Below are positions 27,311 to 36,440 of a stretch of DNA of 39,397 nucleotides, piece after piece. Every line of letters begins with the position of its first letter. Position 1 is the first letter of the stretch. The notes beneath the pieces are model-generated. The model ran no database searches, was not told where the DNA came from, and worked only from the letters and a program-made list of their open reading frames with translations. A program made the translations under genes and the position numbers. The stretch is from a virus (taxonomy: Duplodnaviria; Heunggongvirae; Uroviricota; Caudoviricetes), in IMG/VR virus record IMGVR_UViG_3300044638_005715, positions 1 through 39,397 of that record. One strand, written 5' to 3'.

Positions 27311-28741
27311 ATGACAACTAAAAATAATCCATTAATCGCTCTTGACGTTTATAAAATGGGGCACATGTCGCAATTTGCACCTGGAACAAGCAAGGTGTAT
27401 GTCAATTATTGTAATAGATCTGATAGATATTTTAATGAATATGTATTTTTTGGTCTTCAGTATTACATGCAAGAATATTTATCTAAAAAATTAACCCCAG
27501 AAATGGGTGAAGAATTTTTAGAATATAGAAGGATGATTGTTGGACCACCAGAAGAAGGTGTTGTAGATAAGATTAGGTCTTTATGCAAAATTGGATATTT
27601 TCCAATTAAAATTAAAGCACTTCCAGAAGGATCTATAATCACAAAAAATATTCCTGCATTTACAATAACAGAAACCATTCCTGGATACCATTGGACTGTT
27701 GGAATGGTAGAGTCCTTACTTTTAAAGGTTTGGTATCCATCTGTTGTTGCTACAGCATCTAGAAAATATAGGTCTTTAGTAAATGAAATATTTACTGAAT
27801 CTGTTGATGAAGAAGATTATTTCTTGAAAGATTTTATGGTTCATGATTTTGGATATAGATCAGATTCTTCGGAAGAAAGTGCTGCTATTAGTGGGGTTGC
27901 TCACCTACTAAACTTTGTTGGAAGTGATACTGTTCCAGCATTGCCAATGGCAATTAAGAATTATTATGCAGATAAAAGTAAGCCTATTATGCTCTCTGTT
28001 CCAGCATCAGAACATTCTGTAGCTTGTTCTTTTGGAAAGGAGGGTGAATTTGAATATTTTGAAAATATGCTTAATATTTATAAGGATGGAATAGTTAGTA
28101 TAGTTTCAGACCAATATGATGTTTATAAAGTATTTAATGAATATCTACCAAGGTTGAAAAATAAGATTGTTGCTAGAAATGGTAAAACTGTTTGCCGTCC
28201 AGATAGTGGCGATCAGGAAATTATTATTTGCGGAGATGCTAATTCAGAAAAGGGATCGCCACAAGAACTTGGATGTATTAGAATGTTAGATAGGACATTC
28301 GGACATAAGGTTAATTCCAAGGGATATAAAGTATTACATCCCTCCGTTGGTCTAATATATGGAGATGGATTATACTATGATAAGTATGAAAAAATTCAAA
28401 GACGATTAATGTCTATGGGCTATTCTGCACAAAATTTAGTAATTGGTGTTGGAGGAATTTTAAGAAATTGGACAAGAGATACTACCGGTGTTGCTATTAA
28501 GGCTACTTATGTAGAAAAGAACGGAAATCAAGTAGAAATATATAAAGATCCAATAACTGATCCAGGGAAAAAATCACATAAGGGATTATTAATGATATAT
28601 CAAGAAGATGGTATATTTAAAGTAAAAGATAGGTGTTCATGGGAAGAAGAATCACAAGGTCTACTTCAAACTGTATTTGAGAATGGAAAACTAATTAGAG
28701 AAACAACATTGTCAGAAATTAGGAATAGATTATATGCATGA
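27311..28741 (+). CDS. nicotinamide phosphoribosyltransferase family protein (NadV/Nampt; probable NARP1 Namat-type)
   Basis: DVYKMGH, FFGLQY, HDFGYR, VPASEHS, SIVSDQYD, RPDSGD, LIYGDG, DPITDPGKKS.KG. Confidence 0.92.
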   Translation: MTTKNNPLIALDVYKMGHMSQFAPGTSKVYVNYCNRSDRYFNEYVFFGLQYYMQEYLSKKLTPEMGEEFLEYRRMIVGPPEEGVVDKIRSLCKIGYFPIKIKALPEGSIITKNIPAFTITETIPGYHWTVGMVESLLLKVWYPSVVATASRKYRSLVNEIFTESVDEEDYFLKDFMVHDFGYRSDSSEESAAISGVAHLLNFVGSDTVPALPMAIKNYYADKSKPIMLSVPASEHSVACSFGKEGEFEYFENMLNIYKDGIVSIVSDQYDVYKVFNEYLPRLKNKIVARNGKTVCRPDSGDQEIIICGDANSEKGSPQELGCIRMLDRTFGHKVNSKGYKVLHPSVGLIYGDGLYYDKYEKIQRRLMSMGYSAQNLVIGVGGILRNWTRDTTGVAIKATYVEKNGNQVEIYKDPITDPGKKSHKGLLMIYQEDGIFKVKDRCSWEEESQGLLQTVFENGKLIRETTLSEIRNRLYA

Positions 28742-29142
28742 AGAAAGTGTTCAATATTTAATAAGGGAAGAAACATTAGATAAGGTGATTTCTTTCCTAG
28801 ATATCGATTATCTTAGACATAAAAGATCATATGATAAATTACAGTTGTCTATTCTTAATCGTTTTAACAATGATACAAATATAATTCGTTATAATATAGA
28901 GAATCACATAAATGATGAATAAGAAAGGATCTATTGATTTAGGTGAGATAATTAAAGTTGAAAATCATATTGAGGGCACAATAATGAATTATATTTGGAG
29001 ACATATGGAGAATGATGTGTGGCTTCATGTAGTATATAATATTGAGGTCCCAGTTAATGGGACAATTATGGAAAATTTTAAATATATTAAGAACAATGGC
29101 TGATGGCATTCATATCCGGAACGAAATTTTTAAACAAAAGCC

Positions 29143-29170
29143 TTGACAACTCGCTTTTGCCCAGTATAAT
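29143..29170 (+). promoter_or_regulatory. promoter TTGACA-N16-TATAAT
   Basis: Perfect hexamers, intergenic. Confidence 0.8.
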
Positions 29171-29222
29171 CTAAATGTCAGATAGATTTTGATTGATAAG
29201 ATTTTACATAAGGGAAAAATTA

Positions 29223-29495
29223 ATGAAACAGGCAATTTTTACCGTTGTTGATTACGGCATTGATGGACGTAGTTATAAAATTATTGTCTATGCGTCAACC
29301 GACGAAGGTGAAAGAGATAGTTTCCTTGATAATTCTCCGCACAAAAACAGGTTTATAAAAGAAGATATTGTTGAAGATTTAGATTCGATTGCTATAAAAG
29401 TTTGGGACAGTTTAGATGGTTTAGAAAAACTTGCCCTTGAAAGAACTGACTGTGTTCTTTGGAAAGAATCTCCACAATCAAAATATTCGGTATAA
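29223..29495 (+). CDS. hypothetical protein
   Basis: AAGGG SD before ATG 29223; first gene after promoter. Confidence 0.6.
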   Translation: MKQAIFTVVDYGIDGRSYKIIVYASTDEGERDSFLDNSPHKNRFIKEDIVEDLDSIAIKVWDSLDGLEKLALERTDCVLWKESPQSKYSV

Positions 29496-29695
29496 AACAA
29501 TGAAAAATAAATATGCAGTAATAGTTACTACAATAGATCGTAATTTTCATGATCCACAAGATGTGAATGAAATATTTATTCCTTTTTATAATAAAAATGA
29601 GTTAATCGAATGGATTAAGAAAAACATTAATGTTCAAAAGTTTAAAGTCATTGAATATAATATTCTAAATATCAAAACAAATATAAGTATATAAT

Positions 29696-30289
29696 ATGAT
29701 TGCTACAGAAGAAATTATTCAAGCATATAAATTAGATTATAGGGATTATGGACTATTATTCCCTGATAATGAATATGTTTTATCAAAAACCAACTTTATT
29801 GATTTGGGTGATAAGGATCTGAATAAAAATATAATATCTAATTGGTTTATGAATATTAATGAAAGAAGGGTAGATAATCAAGTTTGGCAAAGTTGGAGTA
29901 ATGCCCGTCATAAATATTTTTCATACTGTGTAACATCTGGCACTATTAATGAAACAAAACAAGCATGTCCCAGAATTGCTTTACGCAAAGAACATGATAC
30001 AGAGCCCCAACTACAAGAACTATTAAAATATATTAAACATAGTATATATTGTAAGGAAAGATATAAGTATGATTCCAAATATATTCAATATTTAGAATCT
30101 AGGCCGTTTATTTATGTACAGATTTTTGAGCATACTTTATCTGAGGATGGAGTATATGCACTACATATATTCACACCTAATGATATTGGATTATATCAAT
30201 TAAGGTATGGCAGCACTTATTTGCTTAAAAATTTTCATAGTTTTATTTCTGCTATTGAATATACGAAAGAGAATCATTATTATGAATAA
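29696..30289 (+). CDS. hypothetical protein (197 aa)
   Basis: Long ORF in a tightly packed run. Confidence 0.65.
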   Translation: MIATEEIIQAYKLDYRDYGLLFPDNEYVLSKTNFIDLGDKDLNKNIISNWFMNINERRVDNQVWQSWSNARHKYFSYCVTSGTINETKQACPRIALRKEHDTEPQLQELLKYIKHSIYCKERYKYDSKYIQYLESRPFIYVQIFEHTLSEDGVYALHIFTPNDIGLYQLRYGSTYLLKNFHSFISAIEYTKENHYYE

Positions 30290-30797
30290 TAATTTACAAT
30301 CTGGAAAAGTTGTTCATTGCAAGAAACACTCATATGATGTATATATTGGTAGACCTTCTAAGTGGGGTAACCCATTTATTATAGGTAAAGATGGTAATAG
30401 AGAAGAAGTAATAAGCAAATATAGAGAATGGATTGTTAATCAACATGAATTATTAAAAGATTTGCAAGAATTAAAAGGAAAGGTACTTGGGTGCTTTTGT
30501 GCTCCACAAGCTTGTCATGGTGATGTATTAGTAGAGCTTGCAAATAATGCTACTGTAAAGAAAACGGAAATAAGATTCCATAATGATACATGGCTAGTTA
30601 AACATGCTAGTGGCGGATTTGAAGGAGTTTTTACTCATAAGGCCGTTGAAGTAAGGGGCGGAGAATGGTTTGAAGTTAATGAAATAAATGATTTGACAAT
30701 ACATGTTGAAGGGCATTATGATGTTTTGGACTGTAGACATACCTATCTTTTAAATGTGCCTCCATCATTATATGAGGTAAGGACTTATTTATCATAA
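30282..30797 (+). CDS. DUF4326-domain protein with C-terminal extension
   Basis: VVHCKK..YDVYIGRPSKWGNPF..G...REEVI..Y...LKGKVLGCFCAP.ACHGDVL. Confidence 0.85.
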   Translation: MNNNLQSGKVVHCKKHSYDVYIGRPSKWGNPFIIGKDGNREEVISKYREWIVNQHELLKDLQELKGKVLGCFCAPQACHGDVLVELANNATVKKTEIRFHNDTWLVKHASGGFEGVFTHKAVEVRGGEWFEVNEINDLTIHVEGHYDVLDCRHTYLLNVPPSLYEVRTYLS

Positions 30798-30851
30798 AGT
30801 ATATTGATATTCCTACTTATAGACTATTAATTTGAAGGCAAAATACAATCA

Positions 30852-31637
30852 ATGACTACTATGCTATTACATACTGACCTTGGACATGACCCAGATGATG
30901 CTATAGCAATTGCCTTATTATGTGAGTATGGTTATATACCAGATGAGCTAGTTTTACATCCTGGTTATCATGATCAAATAAGTATTGCTTCTAGAATATA
31001 TAACCAATACTCATTATTGGGTCACCCTCCAATATCTTGCACAAAATTAGATTGTGATGACTCAAAATACAATGCTGGAAAACATTCTGTATTTCTAACA
31101 AAACTTACACATAGATTTGTAAGATACCCAATGCCAGATAATTTCGTTGTAAATCGGGCACTTGTAATCGGGCCCCCTTTGGGACTTGGAGATATTGAAT
31201 GCGACCAACTTTTTATGCAGGGGGGATATTCACCAAATAGTGTGATCCAACTTGAAAAATTTATTGGGATGAAGGCCGTTCCATCCTATAATCCAAATGG
31301 TGCCAAGAAAGACTTTAATAAAATTATTAAATCCAAAAAGATTAAAGAGAAGTATTTTATAGGAAAAAATGTTTGCCATGGATTTACCAAGGAAAAGCTT
31401 AGATCAATCTGGCAGCCGCAAATAAATCATTCATTCTATCCTGTAACTAGCTTAGTTAAAACATTCTGGGATAAACTCGATGACTCAAAAGCTATGCATG
31501 ATGTATTGGCAGCTATTCTATTTATAGATAAAGAAAAGGGAATTTGGGAGAAAACTAAGCCTACATGGATAGATGGAAAACTAACTACAGAACCCACAGA
31601 TGAAGAAATTTATACATTAATAGGTTTGCGAATATAA
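30852..31637 (+). CDS. nucleoside-hydrolase (IU-NH)-like protein
   Basis: N-terminal TDLGHDPDDAIAI Asp cluster; MQGG; YNP; MHDVLAA. Confidence 0.65.
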   Translation: MTTMLLHTDLGHDPDDAIAIALLCEYGYIPDELVLHPGYHDQISIASRIYNQYSLLGHPPISCTKLDCDDSKYNAGKHSVFLTKLTHRFVRYPMPDNFVVNRALVIGPPLGLGDIECDQLFMQGGYSPNSVIQLEKFIGMKAVPSYNPNGAKKDFNKIIKSKKIKEKYFIGKNVCHGFTKEKLRSIWQPQINHSFYPVTSLVKTFWDKLDDSKAMHDVLAAILFIDKEKGIWEKTKPTWIDGKLTTEPTDEEIYTLIGLRI

Positions 31638-31691
31638 TTGAAATTAATGTAAATTGTTTGATATTTGACACTTTTAAGGAATTTATTATTT

Positions 31692-33677
31692 ATGTTTAAT
31701 GAATTAAATGCAAAATTACAGGCCAACTTTAATCGTCTACAGTCAAGCCGAAGACTTTATAATGTTGCGATAGATAGAGACAAGATTGTCCAATTATATT
31801 TGGATGGGTTTTCAGAAGAATTGCGGCAGGAACACACATGCAACTGTTGTAAATCATTCCTTCGGCAGTTTGGTGGCATTGTAACAATTGATAATAATTT
31901 TCACCTTGAATCAATATGGGATGATCTCGGAGAAATTCCATCAGAATATATAAAATCAATTAAAAATATTCGCCAGTATATTCATTCTCTTCCTATCTCA
32001 TCTGTATTTTATAATACATTCTCTAAGTGTGGAACGGAAAAAAATATAGATATAAATCGTGGTACTATATGGAATCACTTTTTTATTAATCTTGATCGAA
32101 AATTTGTTACCAGTGTCAATGATTTAGGCGAAAAGCGTAACACTATTAATACATCAAAGACTGTATTTGAGCGTGCATTAAAAGAAATTACAACTAATTC
32201 CCTAGATGTAACAATTGACCTAATTGCCCAAAACTCTCTATATCGAGGTAACGAATTCAAGGCGAATATTGTAAAATTTAAGAAATTACAAGAACAATAT
32301 AAGAAGCTTAGATCAGATGAGGCAAAGTCAAATTTTTGCTGGACTGCCGCAGTCATTGAGAATCAGGCCGTATTAAAAATTAAGAACTCGGCCATTGGAA
32401 CATTACTTGAAGATATTTCAAATGGACTAGAGCTTGATGATGCAGTTACGAAGTATGAAAAAGTAGTGGCCCCTACTAACTATAAGCGGCCCACTGCTCT
32501 TATTACACCAGTAATGATTAATGCAACAAAGAAAAAACTTGAGGAATTATGTTTAACTGACAACCTAGATAGGCGTTATGCAAATCTTACAGATATTAAT
32601 GCTGAATTACTATTATTTACAGATAAGAGTTCTCAAGCCAGAGATATATTTGGAGATATGAGTAAAGACAGTATTGTTGATGTAAGTAAATTAACAAAGG
32701 TAGAAGAAATTAGTATTAGAGATTTTATAGGCAATATACTTCCTAATTCTAAATCCATAGAACTACTTGTTGAGAATAGACATTTTAACAACTTTGTTTC
32801 CCTTTTAACTTCTGTTGAAAAAGAATGTAAATTATTTAAGTGGGATAATTCATTCTCATGGTCATATACTGGTGGAATTACGGATTCTATTAAGGAAAAA
32901 GTAAAACAGGCCGGTGGTCGAGTTGACGGAGAGCTTCGTGCCTCATTATCATGGCATAATTATGACGACCTTGATCTTCATTGCGTGGAACCAAATGGTA
33001 ATACTATTTACTTTCGAAGCAAAATTTCATCTTCATCTGGGAAACTAGATGTTGATATGAATGCTGGTGGCGGAACAACTAGAACACCCGTAGAAAACAT
33101 TATATGGACTAATGCACACACAATGAAAGAAGGTCTATATACAGTTAAAGTACATAATTTCTCAAAACGAGAAACTAATTATACGGGTTATGAATTAGAA
33201 ATCGAATGTAATGGACAAACATATAATTTCTCTAGTAATAAGAATCCAGTCGCACAATCATTTGGACTTTCAATACCATTTACATGGTCCCGTAAAGATG
33301 GTATTAAGTTTAATGATAAAAACATTGCATCTACTACTATATCTAAGGATAAGTGGGGTGTAAAATCTAATACCTTTGTTAAAGTAAAACAATGTATGCT
33401 TTCTCCTAATTATTGGGGCGGGCAAGTTGGAAATAAGCATTATATGTTTATATTGGATAATTGTGCTTCCGATGAAGAACCGAGGGCATTTTTCAATGAA
33501 TTTTTAAGAAATGATTTAGATTCTCATAGAAAAGTGCTGGAAGTTTTGGCATCGAAGGTTAAAATAGATCATACGGACAATCAACTTTCGGGTCTTGGAT
33601 TTTCTGATACCCAGAGAAATAGTTTTATTGTTCGTGTTACTGGTGCGTTTAGTCGAGTTTTAAAGGTTAATATTTAA
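31692..33677 (+). CDS. large conserved phage protein with N-terminal Cys motif and YfaP/DUF2135-like C-terminal domain
   Basis: RQEHTCNCCKSFL; LRASLSWHNYDDLDLHCVEP; KLDVDMN; PVENIIW. Confidence 0.75.
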   Translation: MFNELNAKLQANFNRLQSSRRLYNVAIDRDKIVQLYLDGFSEELRQEHTCNCCKSFLRQFGGIVTIDNNFHLESIWDDLGEIPSEYIKSIKNIRQYIHSLPISSVFYNTFSKCGTEKNIDINRGTIWNHFFINLDRKFVTSVNDLGEKRNTINTSKTVFERALKEITTNSLDVTIDLIAQNSLYRGNEFKANIVKFKKLQEQYKKLRSDEAKSNFCWTAAVIENQAVLKIKNSAIGTLLEDISNGLELDDAVTKYEKVVAPTNYKRPTALITPVMINATKKKLEELCLTDNLDRRYANLTDINAELLLFTDKSSQARDIFGDMSKDSIVDVSKLTKVEEISIRDFIGNILPNSKSIELLVENRHFNNFVSLLTSVEKECKLFKWDNSFSWSYTGGITDSIKEKVKQAGGRVDGELRASLSWHNYDDLDLHCVEPNGNTIYFRSKISSSSGKLDVDMNAGGGTTRTPVENIIWTNAHTMKEGLYTVKVHNFSKRETNYTGYELEIECNGQTYNFSSNKNPVAQSFGLSIPFTWSRKDGIKFNDKNIASTTISKDKWGVKSNTFVKVKQCMLSPNYWGGQVGNKHYMFILDNCASDEEPRAFFNEFLRNDLDSHRKVLEVLASKVKIDHTDNQLSGLGFSDTQRNSFIVRVTGAFSRVLKVNI

Positions 33678-33690
33678 GGAGTTTTAAATT

Positions 33691-34065
33691 ATGTCATTAT
33701 TTGAAAAGGCTGCAAAGCAGAAGTTGCGTTTTAATTCCAATAAGGGTCTTTTGAACACCGAGGATTTGTTTGATCTTAGTTTGACATCATTGGACAATAT
33801 TGCAAAAGGTATTTATAAGCAATTAAAGGATGAGGCTGAAGTATCCTTTATTTCTAAGAAGTCTAGTGCGTCTTCAGAGTTAGAGCTAAAACTAGATATT
33901 GTCAAGTATGTCATTGAATATAAGGTGTCACTTGATGAAGCTAATAAGAAGCGTGCTGAAACAAATGCACGAAAGCAGAAAATTGAAGAAATTCTACTTC
34001 GTAAGAAAGAAACCGAACTTGAAAATCTTTCTGTGGAAGAACTAACGGCTATGCTACAAAGTTAA
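33691..34065 (+). CDS. conserved phage coiled-coil protein, partner of upstream gene
   Basis: AAGGAG SD; FEKAAKQKLRF..KG.L.TEDLFDL; pair recalled from large phages. Confidence 0.75.
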   Translation: MSLFEKAAKQKLRFNSNKGLLNTEDLFDLSLTSLDNIAKGIYKQLKDEAEVSFISKKSSASSELELKLDIVKYVIEYKVSLDEANKKRAETNARKQKIEEILLRKKETELENLSVEELTAMLQS

Positions 34066-34087
34066 TTGGAAAATTAAAGGTTTAAAA

Positions 34088-34369
34088 ATGGGACTTCCTG
34101 GCATAATAAATATAAATATAACCACATCATTTGATGAAGGGTCAAATTCTGTATCTCGAAGAATCTACTATTTAGGAGGTTGGGGTCTTAATTGCCTAGC
34201 GGCCTCTCATTTGGGTGATCCAGAGTTTTGGTGGGATATTAATCGGAGCATTATGGAAGATACCATTGATTTGCGAGATGGTACATACACATTAGAAAAT
34301 AAATATGTTGGTCCAGGGCCTTTTGATTACAAGTGGTCGCCAACTGAAAACATTAATGGAGATATATAG
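34088..34369 (+). CDS. hypothetical protein
   Basis: AAGG SD; 93-aa ORF. Confidence 0.6.
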   Translation: MGLPGIININITTSFDEGSNSVSRRIYYLGGWGLNCLAASHLGDPEFWWDINRSIMEDTIDLRDGTYTLENKYVGPGPFDYKWSPTENINGDI

Positions 34370-34371
34370 AC

Positions 34372-34548
34372 ATGAGTGGCATAGAATTACGACCAATAGA
34401 AAGAGAAGGATTTTGTCGTGGCTGTGATAAAACCCTTGAAAGGGGAACATATATTATATATACTTATAGTTATAGGAATCGTGGACAAAATATTTTGTTT
34501 TGTATTGAATGTGCTAAAGAAATTGGTAAGTTAGTTGAAAAACAATGA
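34372..34548 (+). CDS. small Zn-finger protein (58 aa, absent from ORF track)
   Basis: GGAG SD; FCRGCDK...FCIECAK; ATGA overlap with next ORF. Confidence 0.65.
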   Translation: MSGIELRPIEREGFCRGCDKTLERGTYIIYTYSYRNRGQNILFCIECAKEIGKLVEKQ

Positions 34549-34772
34549 GTAAAGAAGTCCTACCGGAAGATACAGAAAATAAAATTTATATAGAAGAAAT
34601 GTTATTATTCTCTATTGAAGACCTAATTAATATCTGTAATGAAAAATGGGATAATGTAAAATTATCCGAACTAAAAATAGAACATGAGCATATTCAGGTT
34701 AAGTGTTTCGGATATGATCAATATGATTCATCTGATTATAAAAATTACTTTGTAGTAACTAAGCAATCATAA
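34545..34772 (+). CDS. hypothetical protein
   Basis: EHEHIQVKCFGYDQYDSSDY. Confidence 0.6.
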   Translation: MSKEVLPEDTENKIYIEEMLLFSIEDLINICNEKWDNVKLSELKIEHEHIQVKCFGYDQYDSSDYKNYFVVTKQS

Positions 34773-34806
34773 TAATTAAGAACCTTTAAATTCTACAAAT
34801 TTCTGG

Positions 34807-34834
34807 TTGACAAATCTCTTTATTGTGATATAAT
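34807..34834 (+). promoter_or_regulatory. promoter TTGACA-N16-TATAAT (extended -10 TG)
   Basis: Perfect hexamers, intergenic. Confidence 0.8.
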
Positions 34835-34869
34835 TCGGGTGTTAATTAAAACAGTTTTAAGGAAAAAAA

Positions 34870-35055
34870 ATGATTGCATTTTTGATTAGATTCTTTTTCA
34901 TGATTGTATTAAATATAGTAGGATTTTCAATAATTGTAACTTCACTACGGGCTAAATCTGATAGTGAAGTTATGCTTGGTTTATTTGAATTTCTTATTCT
35001 ATTTGTTATCAATCTAGTGTTTATTAAAATCTATGTGTTAAATTCTAAATCTTAA
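34870..35055 (+). CDS. small two-TM membrane protein
   Basis: AAGGA SD; two hydrophobic helices; precedes the SPFH gene. Confidence 0.65.
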   Translation: MIAFLIRFFFMIVLNIVGFSIIVTSLRAKSDSEVMLGLFEFLILFVINLVFIKIYVLNSKS

Positions 35056-35068
35056 TTGGAGAAAATTT

Positions 35069-35923
35069 ATGTTTAAAAAGTTTATGTTAGTTTGTGCGGG
35101 GATTTTTGTTATTGGCCTTTCTGGATGTACTAAGGTTCCACCAGGAAATGTAGGTATCAGGGTTAATATGTATGGCAGCAATAAGGGCGTTGATAATGCC
35201 ATGCTTGAGACTGGCCGTGTATGGTATAACCCAATCACAGAGGATATTTTTAAATTCCCAACATATATGCAGAATGCTGTATGGACAAAGGAGGATACTG
35301 ATGAATCTCCAGGTGATCAAAGTGTCACCTTTAACTCTGTAGAAGGCTCTAGTATTAATGCCGACGTAGCCATTAGTTATCAGATTATTCCAGAAAGTGT
35401 ACCTAGTATTTTCATTCAACTTCGACAAGATGCTGACTATATTACTAGTGTTTATGTTCGTAGTAAGACACAAGATGCACTTTCTCGTACAGCTAGTAAG
35501 ATGAAGGTAATTGATATTTTTGGATCAAAGAAAGAGGAACTTTTACAGAATGTGAAGGATGACCTTCAAACTACTATGCCTGGATTTAAGTTTGATATGA
35601 TTACTTTTATTGGGGCACTTCGTGTTGATCCTCTAGTTGAGCAAAGTATTAGTGCAACTATTCAAGCTACACAAAAAGCTATCGAGGCCGAAAATAAAGT
35701 TAAACAATCTGTCGCCGAAGCACAGCAAAAGGTTGAGGAAGCTAGGGGTCTTGCAGAGTCTATATTGCTAGAAGCTAAGGCTCGCTCAGAGGCAAATGAG
35801 CTTTTGACTAAATCTTTATCTCCACAGCTAATTCAATATGAAGCACTACAAAAGTGGGATGGTATTCTACCCAAGGTTACTGGCGAAGTCGTACCATTTA
35901 TTACTGTTGACAAGGAAAAATAA
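35069..35923 (+). CDS. SPFH/band-7/prohibitin-domain membrane protein
   Basis: N-terminal TM or lipobox LSGC, KVPPGNVGI, coiled-coil AEAQQKVEEARG, YEALQKWDG.LP. Confidence 0.9.
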   Translation: MFKKFMLVCAGIFVIGLSGCTKVPPGNVGIRVNMYGSNKGVDNAMLETGRVWYNPITEDIFKFPTYMQNAVWTKEDTDESPGDQSVTFNSVEGSSINADVAISYQIIPESVPSIFIQLRQDADYITSVYVRSKTQDALSRTASKMKVIDIFGSKKEELLQNVKDDLQTTMPGFKFDMITFIGALRVDPLVEQSISATIQATQKAIEAENKVKQSVAEAQQKVEEARGLAESILLEAKARSEANELLTKSLSPQLIQYEALQKWDGILPKVTGEVVPFITVDKEK

Positions 35924-35936
35924 TACAAATATTTTC

Positions 35937-35964
35937 TTGACAATTGGCCCCCATCGGTTAAAAT
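35937..35964 (+). promoter_or_regulatory. promoter TTGACA-N16-TAAAAT
   Basis: Intergenic, upstream of 36021. Confidence 0.7.
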
Positions 35965-36020
35965 GAGAATATGAAGAAAGAAGTCATTTAAAAATTCAAC
36001 ACATTAATGGAGCTATATAT

Positions 36021-36440
36021 ATGATTCTTGAAAGATTTGTTAAATGTTTTCTTGTTGGTATTTTCTTGCTAACACTCACACCTATTACTGTGATACCATT
36101 TGGTAAATTCATTGGGGGCCTCAATATTGAATATTCAGAAGGAACTAGGTCTGGAATTGTTCAAAAGATAAGTAAAAAGGGGCTTATTTATGAAACGTGG
36201 GAGGGCGAATTAAACCTTGGCTATAATACCACGAATACAGAATCAAACCAGATTATTCCAGCTATTTTTGAATTTTCTGTTAGTTCTGATGGGGTTGCAG
36301 AATTAATTCAAGCGGCCGAAGCATCTGGAGAAAGAGTAACATTACAATATAAACAATATATTATGCATGGATATCATAGGGGCTCAACACCATATGATGT
36401 AATTGGAATTAAGCCTAAAACTAATACGGTAGAAAAATGA
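36021..36440 (+). CDS. membrane-anchored protein (YSEG.R.G..QK.SKKG...TWEGEL family)
   Basis: N-terminal TM; motif recurrent in phages near SPFH genes (recalled). Confidence 0.7.
   Translation: MILERFVKCFLVGIFLLTLTPITVIPFGKFIGGLNIEYSEGTRSGIVQKISKKGLIYETWEGELNLGYNTTNTESNQIIPAIFEFSVSSDGVAELIQAAEASGERVTLQYKQYIMHGYHRGSTPYDVIGIKPKTNTVEK

Noticed and set aside
26465-28741. NARP2 or a complete classical NAD salvage pathway
   Set aside because: No NadM/NadR/NadD adenylyltransferase is recognisable in the window; it cannot be excluded elsewhere in the genome.
26190-31692. Additional TTGACA hits at 26190 and 31665 (also 1725, 18605, 21141, 33781)
   Set aside because: No acceptable -10 hexamer at 16-18 nt.
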